Origin: Octopus sinensis
Lineage: Eukaryota
Assembly: GCF_006345805.1 (NCBI RefSeq)
Contig: NC_042997.1
Coordinates: 71,548,001-71,612,000 of the forward strand
Reading direction: 5' to 3'
Length of the DNA stretch: 64,000 nucleotides
The stretch's first letter is position 1; each line of letters begins with the position of its first letter. The position numbers and the translations under genes are program-made. This document shows positions 23,373 to 36,300 of the stretch, piece after piece. Under the pieces are notes generated by a model. The model was not told where the DNA came from. It saw nothing but the letters and a program-made list of their open reading frames with translations, and did no database searches.

Positions 23373-23579
23373 CCCTTTAGCATTCAGATGCAATCCTTAT
23401 TTGTTCACATTATTTTGAATTAGTCATGCATTATCTTGTAACTTTGAGATTTTGGTGATATGACAGCTTATGTTTAGAATAACATTGTAGTGTAGGTGTA
23501 AGAGGCTTTATCTCACTGGTTTGAATATAAAATAGGTTGCATATTTAGACCTGATATGGCCAGTTTAAATGCTAAAGGG
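23373..23579. mobile_element. piggyBac-like MITE (TIR CCCTTTAGCATT); second copy 34883-35105, solo end at about 20622-20642
   Basis: ccctttagcatt ... aatgctaaaggg with degenerate TTAA flanks (intact TTAA at 34879-34882). Confidence 0.75.
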
Positions 23580-24058
23580 TTGAATAGCTACAGTACACTG
23601 CTGATGACAGCAGGAACAAAGTAGAACTTCCACATGTTTGAGAACTACCATGTGCCTGGATAAAGATAGAAGCACCTCTTTTTTAAATTCTATCATAAAC
23701 TCACTAAATTAGACAAATTTTGAATGAGCCACATGTTTGTTTTAGTCAATACAACTCAAAACTAAATACACCTGCCATATCATGAATGGTATGAAAAGCA
23801 TCAAATGTTAGCTGTTTAATTAATGTCTGAATTCGCATGGCTATTTTGGCTATGCTAACACAAAAAACAAAATGATAGAAGGGAAAGAAATATTGCTAGT
23901 GAATTTTAGTTAATGTTTATATTTCTTTTTTTGTTCCAGGAGTTGATGTTAGCTTCCTACATAATATAAGATATAAAGGTGAATATATCTTGAAGGCTCT
24001 TATTGTAACATATTGGCCCCCACCTATACTCAAAATTACGGAACTAAATATATTCAAC

Positions 24059-24490
24059 ATGGGAACTGGCAGTTCTTTCTTACATTCACCTGATGATGAT
24101 GATATCATTGGCGCCGACTGTGATGGTAATAGCCATGGTGTCATTAAAAGGATCCCGATTGAAATGAAACCAAGGGGACGTCTAGGACTTCGAAAACCCA
24201 AAGATGAAAGCTTACGTTCAATCGACTTAGACAGCCAGGAACTTGAACGCAAAAACAAAGAATTTGAGATGTACCGGCGCAATAAAGAACAGGAGATTGC
24301 TAACATGCAGAAGAAAGAACAAAAGCTAATAAATGAGAACAAGAAATTTCGAGCAGAGTTGTTGGCTCTTCAGAAAACTTGTGCCAAACTACGAGGTGAA
24401 CGAGATTTGGCAACTCAGGCTGAAAGCCAGGCACTTGCAAGAGCTGCTGCCTTTGAAAATGATCGAGATAAGATACAAAGGCAATTCAAA
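24059..24490 (+). CDS. NPHP3: NPHP3 coding exon 1 (MGTGSSF...KIQRQFK), coiled coil
   Basis: ATG 24059; donor GTAAGA 24491, phase 0. An upstream acceptor (ttttttgttccag, ending 23939) implies a further non-coding exon. Confidence 0.95.
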
Positions 24491-27400
24491 GTAAGATAAT
24501 GATTTTCAAATATTATTTTTGTTATTGTCGTAACTTAAGTTACGTTAATTGTTTTTCTTTTATCTTCTTATGTTTGTTCTGCACATATCATAACCAGTCA
24601 ACTTTGCATGCTTGTACGGGACAGATGAAATGTATTTGTTAAGGTCAACAGCTTTTCCTTTTTCTAGACCTCATCAGTTTTGAAGCAAAATATTTCCTTG
24701 TAACCAGATGCTTTCACCAAAGATTGAAAATAAATGACATTGCTTGTACAATGGTGATGCTTACTTACAACTATTGTAGGTTATGGCTGAGATAGTCTCT
24801 CTGCTGTAACTTGGTTGGTAGGATCATTTTGCACTACTTTATATTTTGTGAGAAATTCTTATTGCTAAATTTTCTCTTTATTCACCTGAAGGAAACAGCG
24901 TGTTTCAGACATGTTCATCAATAAAGAACATGTCTGAAACAGCTATAGTGAACCTCAACCACCTGTGTTATTGTATATTCATACATATACTCATATACAT
25001 ACATACATGCATGCGTGTATGTATATAAATAATTTGCAATGTACTGCAAGATCTGAAATGGTAATTCGCATATTTATTCTTTACAGATTTAGGTCAATTT
25101 AGGCAAATCTTATCGCTGTTGTATACATCACAGGAGAAACACTCCACTCTTTCAAAATCACAATGTTTTCATAACATGCTCAGTTAAAGGGTTTTAGGAC
25201 CCTGGTGTTTCAAGATATCAGTCAGAAGCACCTGGACTTTTGAGCCTAAACAGGTCCCTAGCTTTGTTTGTAATTTCAGTGAACAAACTGTTTTCTGATC
25301 AGTGTTTATATCTGCCAACCAATAAAACATCACAATTTAGACTTTGTACAGTAAGATGTGAAACAATAATTTTCATATTTATTCTTAATATGTTCTAGTA
25401 GATCTAAGCACAAATATATTAGTTGCTGTTGTGTACATCAGTTTTGTTTTGTGCAATTATAAATATGATATTCAACAAAAGACTAAATTTGAATTCCATT
25501 TTTAGTAAAACAAATATTTACTTAAGGAAAACACCTAAGCCTTTTATTGAAAATATTTTGGTTGTCTCTAGAGTGGGGCAGCTAGCTTTTAAAAGAAATA
25601 GCTGATACAAAAATAATCTAGAAAATCATACTTTGTACCTCTTTGCAAATATTACAATTAATGCTAATGGTTCTTTTCATTACTCATCCTCATCATCATC
25701 ATCTAGCGTCTGCTCTCCATGCTAGCATGGGTTAGACAGGTTGACTGAAACTGGTAGGTTGGAGGACTGCACCAGGTTCCAATCTGATTTGGCATGGTTT
25801 CTGCAGCTGGATGCTCTTCCTAACAACAGCTGTCCCAAGACTGTAATGGCTGCTTTTTACATGACACTGGCATCAGCCACAACTACGATTTCACTTGGCT
25901 TAATGAGTTTTCTCAGGCACAGCATATTGCCAAAGGCCTTGGTCACTTATCATTGCCTCTGTGAGGCCCAACATTTGAAGGGTGCCTTTTACATGTCTCC
26001 ATCACAGGTGCATTATGTGACACTGGCATTGAAAATTATTCTTAGCTCACGACATTATGTTAGAGTACACTTTAGGCTCTCCATGCTGGAGGCACCTTTT
26101 GTATATTGTCCAATATCATATAAGTTTAGTCTGCTAGACTGCTGACCATATGATAAGGATTTGAAGCCTTACTTCAAAATATATCGTATTTCTCTTAGCT
26201 ATTATATTTTTTTAACTGTTTAGTCAGAAAGAAAAAACAGTGACCATGGCTATTTGTTGCAAATCTATAGAACTGTAGCGGGGAAGAGAGAAAGTAATTC
26301 TCAAACTGGAGACCTGGCCCAAATACTTGCAACACAAGATCTGCATTGTAGGCACCCAAAGACAACTTGGTGGTATTAAACCAGGCAAAGGATTCAGTCT
26401 ATCACATATTAACTCAGAAACCAAAAATATAGAACAAATATCACAGTGTTTTGTCTGATACTTTAACAATCCCACCATCTCCCACATTAGACCCTAACAG
26501 GCCTTGAACAGTGAGCAGGAACAAATACCACAAGGTATTTTATCCTTTGTTCTCATGACTGTGCTAACTCTTGCTTCATTCATTTAATTTTATTAAAACC
26601 TGGTGACAGTGTCAGTATGCTAATGAATGAGTAGCAGGAAAGATATTCAGATACAAAAGACATTTGAACCAACTATGTGGAGATAGTCAAATTACAACTG
26701 GTTAAGTTTGTAGAGTGTAAACATTAATAGCACTCTCATGGTACCCTGAGAATAATGTAGATAATGGTTTTAAGTGGATGAGAGATAACTCTGCCTTGAG
26801 ATAGTATATTGTTAAGTAAAATGAAATGTTGTCCAAGTGTCTGCAGTATATCTGAATGATATATATATATATATATTATTTCCAATACATCTCAAAACAA
26901 ACTTGTGATGGCAGAACACCACCTATGCTCTCAAGGACAAATGTATGTAAAAACAATAAAATGAATTCCTCAAAGAAGTATTTTTAAAACATTGCATCTG
27001 TATTTTCATTTGTCATTTAATTCTTATAAATACCAAAGTTATTGGAAACTAAAACCAATTTATGTTTACAAACCAATTCATAAAGCTCACAAATATTGAT
27101 AATTTTTGTACACTGTGGGAAAGATGTGAATTCTAGCTTTTCCCTTTATGGATAGGGAATGAAATATTTCCTGATATAGCTGATTAAATAGGTTTGAAAA
27201 TGTAAAAGAAAAAGATGGAGAAAATAATGGAAGAGAAGGGAGGTGACTGGTTGACAGAAATGCTAGTAGAACTGATGAGAGGAATGGAAAGTAAAGAGTT
27301 ATACTGAAATTATGAGACAATGGCACTGGTCGAGATGCTAATTCATGCAAACCTAGAAAGGAGATTGTTTCAAGCTGTTCTGTCTATTCAATGTAACAGC

Positions 27401-29788
27401 CAAATCATTCTTAAGAAAACCCTTTATGACATTTAGAATAAGAAATATTTGAATTAACTCCTAAAATATATGTTTCTTCCAGATTTTTCGTGAAACAAAA
27501 GAAAGTGAAATTCAGAACCTTCTCAGAGCCAAACGTGAGTTAGAAAGCAAACTTCCAAAACTAAACAGAGATCTTCTGAATGATACCAGTGAAGATGATG
27601 ATTCTCCAGAATCTGGTTTGGAGTCTGTTGGTAAATATTTCTTCAGAAATTACATTGGTATTTTTACATCAGGGAAGTATGTAGAAGTAAAAAAAAAAAT
27701 ATTGGATTAAATATCTATAGATTAGAACCCCTAATTTGCATGCCACAGTTTACCTAGGTGTATAGAAGTGCCATACCAGGCCATCTGGAGTGTTACCTTA
27801 GAAAGAATGCGTGTTATTTTGTTGTAGCTCCAGATGAGTCCTGGTTAAGTGGATTTATGATCAAAGACATTCCAGCTGTGACCAATTCATTTTTTTAGTC
27901 ATAATATATCCAGGACTACATTATCATATGTGTTCTCACTTTTTATAAGAAGGAGGTAGACTGAAATACTATCCAGGCAGAATTTCTCTGAAATTTTTCA
28001 GAGTTTTCAGTGGAACAACCACATCACTATGAATAAATTCTCTTAATTTAAAAACTGAAACCCTCTATTTAAGTTTCTAAAATTTTAAGTCAGTATTTTT
28101 TCCACGATAAAGAGCGTATATTTCTGTGCTAATTGCTTCTAAATAGAATGGTACTTTTGATACATATTACCCAACAACAGCAAAAGCAACAATTCAATAC
28201 AAACCATTTCTAACTTATTAGGATGTTTAAAAGTGGTGCAAAACTGCTAATTATCTAGATAATTTCTTTAGGTTTGGTACTATCAAGCTACAAAAATAAA
28301 TTATTAATCCCTCCTACCATAAAAGTCATCCCATTATTTTTTCCTTTTCTGTTCCTTGCAGGTAGTGCTTATCCTGGAGACTGGTGGACTGCTTTGGAAA
28401 GTGAACCTTCACTTGGTAGCACGTTCCAGTTACATCCAACATTCCGTGGGCCAGAATTAGCCAACTGTGTCATGGAGCTGGAAGGACCATTCACCAATGT
28501 TAATAAAGGTCAGTAGTTGTTTTTTTCACTCCCAGATTCCATCAGCATTAATATCATAATCATCAGTCATCGTCATCAGTGCAGTGATGATGATCATCAT
28601 CATTATAGTTGTTGGTTTTGTTGCTGTTATTTATCTGTTGGTCATCTCAAATCAAACAGGTTTATTATTGAACAGGTTACAGCTGTGACCATCCCAACTT
28701 TTTCCAGATATGGACTACATTATCTTATGTGTGTTTGAGGCTGATTTTGCAACTATTTCTTGTGGGTCAAGCAAATGCATTGAGGTTCACTGTTTGGCTT
28801 GTGTTTTTATTGATGTAAACTTTTAAGTAGTAGATATATATTGTTGCTCTTGCTGTTGTTGGGTAATGTGTGTCTATACATAGAATATTAAATTGTAACA
28901 GATTGGTATATCGAAGCAATTTTCTTTCCTTTTGTAAATTATAGTGTCATATAGTATAGTATGTTATGTAGCTTCAGTTTTAATTCCCCTATCTTTTGTT
29001 TTCAACTTCTAATATTTTTTATAAGTTCTAATGAATATGTCTCTAATTATAGTTGGTTCATTAGCAACACCCAAATATATATTTGTGCCTTCTTTAGAAG
29101 CTATCTATTTTGTCATTTCATATTGTTAATATATATATATAGACACTAGCTGGATTAGCTGGTAATACCTGGAAAAGCAGGGGTTATATCCAGTTCCCAT
29201 TCCTATTACACTGTTTCATGTCCTATCCCATTCCTTGTTCAGTCCCCATTTTAGTTCCACTCCTATTCTTATCCCCAATCCTATGTCAGTATATAAAATT
29301 TTAGTATCAGTTAGGTGTAATTGAGCCATTAAATATTTTATCAATCTTTATGGTAATAATTTATTGCTAAAATTAGGTATTACAAGCTATTAATACGATT
29401 ACAGGGTGGATAAGGAATGGCCTTATATTATAACAAATGAATATGCATCTGAGTAAAATAAATTAGATAAATAGATGGAATTACAAATACATTGACAAAC
29501 AGTCCACATATTGTGGCTGGTATTATCATGTGTTGTAGCTTACCATAGCTGATTTGTAAACATGTGCTACAGACCTCCTCCATAGGTGGTCCATTATAGA
29601 TTTTTATTGAAATCGAATTCGCCTATAATTCAACTGGATGTTATGAACAAATAAATAACAAAATCAGATTTAACGTGGAAAATTATTTCAAAATACTAAA
29701 TTTTGACATAATTTTAATATCTCACAATATGTGACTGCAATAGGGCGGACACTACAAAAGTAGAGAGACAGAGATTTATAGGATGTCT

Positions 29789-29822
<34 letters not shown>

Positions 29823-32800
29823 TTTACAAACAGTTAATCACAAGTTTAAAATGGTGTATAGTAGACACATGTATGTATGTGTATGTGTGTGAATGTTTCT
29901 TTGTGATGGACAGCAGAAAAAGCCACCTACCCTCTCTCTCCTTAAAGCTGTGTATTCCTCATACCTACCTTTCTGTGTGTGTGTGTGTTGTATCTATGTA
30001 TTTACAAAAGTATGTATGCAGCATCACATGTATATGACAGCTTTATTAACATTAACATCCCATTCTTACTGCTGTTCTCGCCTTCCCTGATATAAGTCAC
30101 CCTCTCTCTGTTACTAGCTCAGACTTACATTTTTTGCAACCTTCTCATTTTATCATATAATTCACCTAACGTCCCAGGGGAACATTATAGATTTTTATTG
30201 AAATCCAATTAACCTATTATTGAACTGAATGTTCGTGTCACATGTATGCAAAGTTTCGTGAATATTGATTTGATGGTTTAGGCACTAAGCTGGTAACAGA
30301 CAGACAGAAATTGCTATTTATATATATATTTAGATAGTTGTCAGTTGTGCAACAATACTGTCACTACATAAACATGATTGAGTAATGCATGAAAGTACTA
30401 GTTTATTTCATTATTGTAAATTGTAGAATTTAAAAAATTGTAAATAATAAATGTGAAGATCATTTATATATATATATATATATATATGTAACATGTGACA
30501 ATTATTCGGTAGCCATGATAAAACTCCGAGTTTCAGATGCCAAGGTGGAAATCCATGCTGCCATCTCTTCAGTTATCCGGCCATTGGAAAAAATGCTATG
30601 AAAATGCTTGGATAAGAAGTTCTTTTTATGGTCTTTGATAGTTATAAAGGGCTCTTTTTTGGGAAGCATAGCATTTTCTCTGATGGCCAGATAACTGAAG
30701 AGATGGCGGTGTGGATTTCCACCTCGGCATCCGAAACTCAGAGTTTTATCATGGCTTCTGAATAATTGTCACATATTACATTTACACATAAATTCCTCTA
30801 TTTACATAATATCGAGGTCTCTTTCTTTCTTTTGTTGTCTTACCATTTTTATCAATATATATTATGATTATCATTATTTATTGTCAGTTTTCCATGCTGG
30901 CATGGGTTAGACAGTCTGACTGGAACTAGTAAGCCAGGGAGCTGCACCAGGTCCCAGTCTGTTTTGGCTTGGTTTCCACAGCTGGATGCCCTTCTTAACA
31001 CCAACCACTCTATAGGGTGCCTTTTATGTGTCACCCGGAATAAGTACCTTTTACATTTCACCAGCACTGGCCACAACTACAATTTTCTGAAAGTGTAGTT
31101 GCTAGAATAAGAACAGGCTGGGCAAAGTTCAGAGAGTTTAGATTTTTGTTGGTAATTAAGGGACTTTTCCTCAGAATGAAAGGCAGATTGTATGATGCCT
31201 GTGTACATACAGCTTTGTTACATGACAGTGAAATGTGGGCTTTGACTACAGAGGACTTGTGAAGGCTTGAAAGAATTGAAGCTAGCATGCTCTGCTGGAT
31301 GGATAATGTCAGTGTACATGCATGATAGAATGTAAATGATTTAAGAGGAAAACTGGGTATAAGATGCCTCAGAGTTGGGTGCAAGAGAGAAGACTGCACT
31401 GGTTTGGTCATGTGATGCATATGGATATGGACAGCTGCATAAAAAAGTACTGAGTTCTAATTGTGGAAGAGGTAGACCCAGGAAGATGTGGGGCAAAGTT
31501 GTGAGAAAGGATCTTCGTATGCTGGGCTTTACTGAGGAATTGACAAAGGACCAGATGTGGTGATTTGCTGTACTTGATAAGACATGTCAAGCTAAATAAA
31601 ATCATAGTCTTCCACACATGCAGGCTTGTCCTTTCAGGTGCTGGTACCTCATAAAAAGCACCTGTGCCAAAGCTGCATAAACGCACCCATGCCGGTAGCA
31701 CATAAAAAAAACCCAGCACACTCTATAAGTGGTTGGTGTTAGGAAGGGTATCCAGCTGTAGAAACTGTGCTACAACAGACAATTGGAGTCTGGACAACTC
31801 CCTGCTAGCCAGCTCCATGCCAAACCATCTAATCCATGCTAGCATGGAAAGCAGATATTGATGATGATGACAATGTTTTTACTTTTGTGTTAAAACATTA
31901 AAGAAGAATGTTTTCTTGAATGCTATTAGTGTTGTTTTATTCATACTGACTGATAATGTGTTAGGTAAAACAAAAGCCAACACAACATTCCATTTCCATT
32001 TCAAACTCATTTATTCTTTATTTGATTTTTTTTTCGTTTTTTTTTTTTTAATTTACATATTTTTTTTCTTCATTAGAGGATTGGAGTTTGGCCCTTGGAA
32101 AGCTTACACAAATCAGCCCTACAATTCCAGAGCATTTAATTGCTAATGTGGTTCGAATTTTTGTGTCCATCTCTAATGATAGTAAGATGGAATTTGATAT
32201 TTTTCAAAAGGTAAATGTTTCTTATTTTTACTTGGTTTGGTCATTACCAGACGGAAATAATAATGATCTCTAAATTTCTATAAAACTATAGCAAAGTTAT
32301 AAAGAATGTCAGACTCAGACATTAAAAATGAAAGTTCAAAATCCCAATGCTAGGGGCATACATTTATGTATGTATGGATGGATGGATGAATGTGTGCATG
32401 CATGCATGTGTTTATGGATGTGTATACATATTTATGTATGTATGTACATCTGCATCTCTACATGTACGTATGTATTGATGATGGTGACAGCAGCAATGAT
32501 GAGCACTCACTCTCTAACACACACATACACACACACACACACACATAAAATTATGCTTCTGTTAGTGATTGATACATTTCTAAAACATAAGATTACAAGT
32601 TTCATATCACACAAACCCAAATAAACATGACATGTTGGTAAATGGTCGAAAACTCCACTGGTTCACTGTCTTACTCTCTAAGCACTTAATAACTAGATAT
32701 CAAGGTAGGAGCTGGATTAATTGTTAGCATACCAAACAAAATGATTAGCAGCATTTCGTCCATCTTTATGTTCTGAGTTCAAATTCTGCCAAGGTTGACT

Positions 32801-33353
32801 TTGCCTGTCATCCTCTAGGAATTGCTAAAATAAGTACCAGTTCAGCATTGGGGTTGTTATAATCAGCTTATCCACTACCCCGAAATTGCTGGCCTCATGT
32901 TAAAATTCAAAACCAACAACTTTAGATAACTTCACTCATTTGATTTTACAATATGGGATCTAGAGTTATGAATGAATTAGAAAACATTTGAAGAATCATC
33001 ACTCACCTAGATGCATATCATTCATTTTCCCCCTTAAATCCTATTCCTTGAACAAATCCTTATTTTTATTTTATGCTGATAACAACAGGATTGTCTTGAC
33101 AGAAGTTTTTATTTTGTTCATATTTTTCAAGATGGTTCGAATCTTCGATTATTCCAAGATTAAAGACTTTCTCCTATATGCTTGACATTCAAGAGTGTGG
33201 GCATGGCTGCGTGGTGAGAAGTTTGCTTCCCAACCCCAATTGATTCCGGGTTCTATTCAACTGTGTGGCACCTTGGGCAAGCGTCTTCTTTTATAGCCTT
33301 GAGCCAATCAAAACCTTGGGAGTGGAATCAGTAGATGGAAATTCAAAGAAGCC

Positions 33354-33384
<31 letters not shown>

Positions 33385-36300
33385 CCCCACTGCTGGACAA
33401 CCAGTGTTGGTGTGTTTACAACTCCACAACTTAGTGGTTTGGCAAAAATGATGATAGATTAAAATTCTTCAAGGTGGTGCCCCAGCATGGCCACAGACTG
33501 AAACATCAGATTTCAGTCACTTCAACACACAAGTTTTACATTCAGTATTATGCTTTCCCTTGGCAGGTCAGATGAGTTTCCAGCATGTGGTATTGCTGGT
33601 TGTTTTTCCATTCATGCTAAGTTTAAAAGTGCGAGAACAATTTGAGTATATGGGGGAATATGTCTGAATTTTTTTACATGCTAGCATGCAATTATTATAA
33701 TAATGTATATCTACCCCATTGAAAATATCTCCAAAAACCATGTAACAAATATCAAAGCTGTATTAAATGAGTAGCATGACCTAGGTAAAACTGTATAATT
33801 ATTTCATATATATATATATATTATCTTTGCAGGATTATGCTCCAAAGCTTGCCAGTTTATGTCAAGGGGAAGGCCGAACTTTGATTGTTGTTAACATGCA
33901 TGTAGATGATGATGTGAGCCTATCATCAACGGTTTGTTGCTTTCTCTTTATTTTTTAACTTTTGGATGATATCTATCTATCCATATATATATTTCTCATT
34001 TCAACAATATGTTAATTTCTTATAAATCTATAGTATTTATTTCAATAAGTCTAATCAATTTCATTTGTTCTAATAATTATTTGAAATCCAGATACTAGAC
34101 TATCAACTGTATAGGTATGAATTTGTATCTTGCTATATTTGTATCTTGTTGTTGATTAGCCTTAAGTTGGCCTTGAGTAAACCTCAAATTGCTTTTAGGG
34201 CTATGTAGGATTACATAATTAATCTTTGCTTAAGACACTAAGGTATGATCTGAAGAAGATTTGGCTATTATTTCTTGCAGATTAAACTACCACATAAGTT
34301 CCCTTGTTTGCTCAATAGTGACTGTATTATGCACATTAGCAAACTGAGTTAGATATGTTGATTGTAGGCCCAGTGCGACCATGGTAGGATATAACTTCTT
34401 GGCTTTTCAGCAAGTAGTCCTGTGTCATACTGGCCAGCTGCAGCATACTCCAAAAATATTCAGTACAGAAAGACAAACTGTAAAACAAAGTATAGAATTC
34501 ATTGAAAAAAATTAATATAGGTACCCAATTACGTGCACACTAAAGCTTCTTTAACAGTAAATTTTTATCCTGACAGGTGTTTGAACTTCACTTGCAAGCA
34601 ATAAAAAGACAAATCCAGATGTCAAACTTGTATTTAGCTTTCAGAGGGGTTGAGGCTAACAGGTAACATCATATTTACTCTTTCTTTATTTGATGTTTTT
34701 TGTAGTTGAAAGTATGAACCTCATAGTCTGTGGACACTTTGTTAACTTGTAAATTTGCATTCCTTTTAAATTTATGTTAACACAAAATGTAATAGTTTTC
34801 TGATTGAAAACTTTGTATTCAAGAAATTAGAGATGGACTCTGTATGCAGTGAATGGGATAATTCTGTCTGAAGGAGTATTAACCCTTTAGCATTTAAATC
34901 AGCCATATTTGACGACCTGAATATTCCACATGTTTTAAGTTCAAACCAGTCAGATCTGGCCTCACAAACTTACCCTACAATGTCATTCTGGAAGTAAATG
35001 ATTGCATGATTCAAAATCTTGAAGCTACAAGATAATACATGATTAATTCAAAACACTGTGAGTAAATAAGCATAACATTTGATAAAGTAATCTGAATTCT
35101 AAAGATTTTAGGAATATTGCCTTTCTGTTAATATTTAGACAGAAGAGGAAGAGTGGTAGCCATAACATTTTGCTGAGTCTCTGGAACTGATGGTCAGAGA
35201 TTGAACAAAAAACACTGTTTCATAAGTTGTTATCTGCTGTAATGCTTACAAGAAAGTGAACTCTTCTAAAAGTTCTCCAAAACCAGGTTGTTGTGTTAAA
35301 TTGAGCTATGAATGAAGTTTATCACTCAAGAAGCAGCTTCCAGAAAGTTTCTGTCTATTCATTGTCACTTACAAGTCCTGGGTTTAGCTGCAGCCATAAT
35401 ACAAAAATCTTGCTGGCCATGGTGTCAAATCAGGAGCAACATGATCACATAACAAACTTGTTAATCACTTGTTAAACCATCTGAGTTGAAGAATGGCAGT
35501 AGAGAGGATTCTATAAAGTTGTCATGGATCCTGTTAGCAAATAGGAATTCTGATGTGAATCTTTTTTTCTTCTTCTTCATGTAATATCTGCTTTCCATGC
35601 TTATATTTATCTTGTATTTCTCTACTCCAAATCTTTACCATTCTTTGCATTCTTCATCTCATTTTATTTCAGGTTTAATAGCTGGGAATACAGCTGGGGA
35701 CATCTAGATAGCCTTGGTGTGCGACCTGCTGTATTTTGTCTTCGTGAAAAGTAAGTACGGGTTTTTTATGCTTTGGTTCCCCTGTCTGTCAATATAATAG
35801 GTACCTATAAAACACAGCAAGCTAGCAGAATTGTTTGCATGCTGATGAAAGTGTCTAAGGCAGTAAGCTGGCAGAATTGTTAGCACACCAGATGAAATGC
35901 TTAGCAGCATTTCGTCTATTTTCGTGTTCTGAGTTCAAATTTTGCTGAGGTTGACTTTGTCTTTCATCCTTTTGGGGGTGATAAAACAAGTACCAATTGA
36001 GCACTGGGGTTGGTCTAATCAACTTTCCCCTTCCCCCAAAATTGCTGGCCTTATAACAAAATTTGAAACCAATGTTATAAGTACCTGTTATGTAATGGGT
36101 TTGATTCAGTCAGCTTTACTGTTTCTTTTTGTATCTGTGACCCTTTGTCAATATGAGAAACCATATTTATAACTGAAAAATTACAAGGGTTGGAGGAGAT
36201 ATAATTGGTAGATGTGCTACTGTACATGTTGAGTCAAGTCATATTTGGTACTCAGTTTATATCTTATACATCTATATTGGTCTTAAACTCAAGTGGTTGT

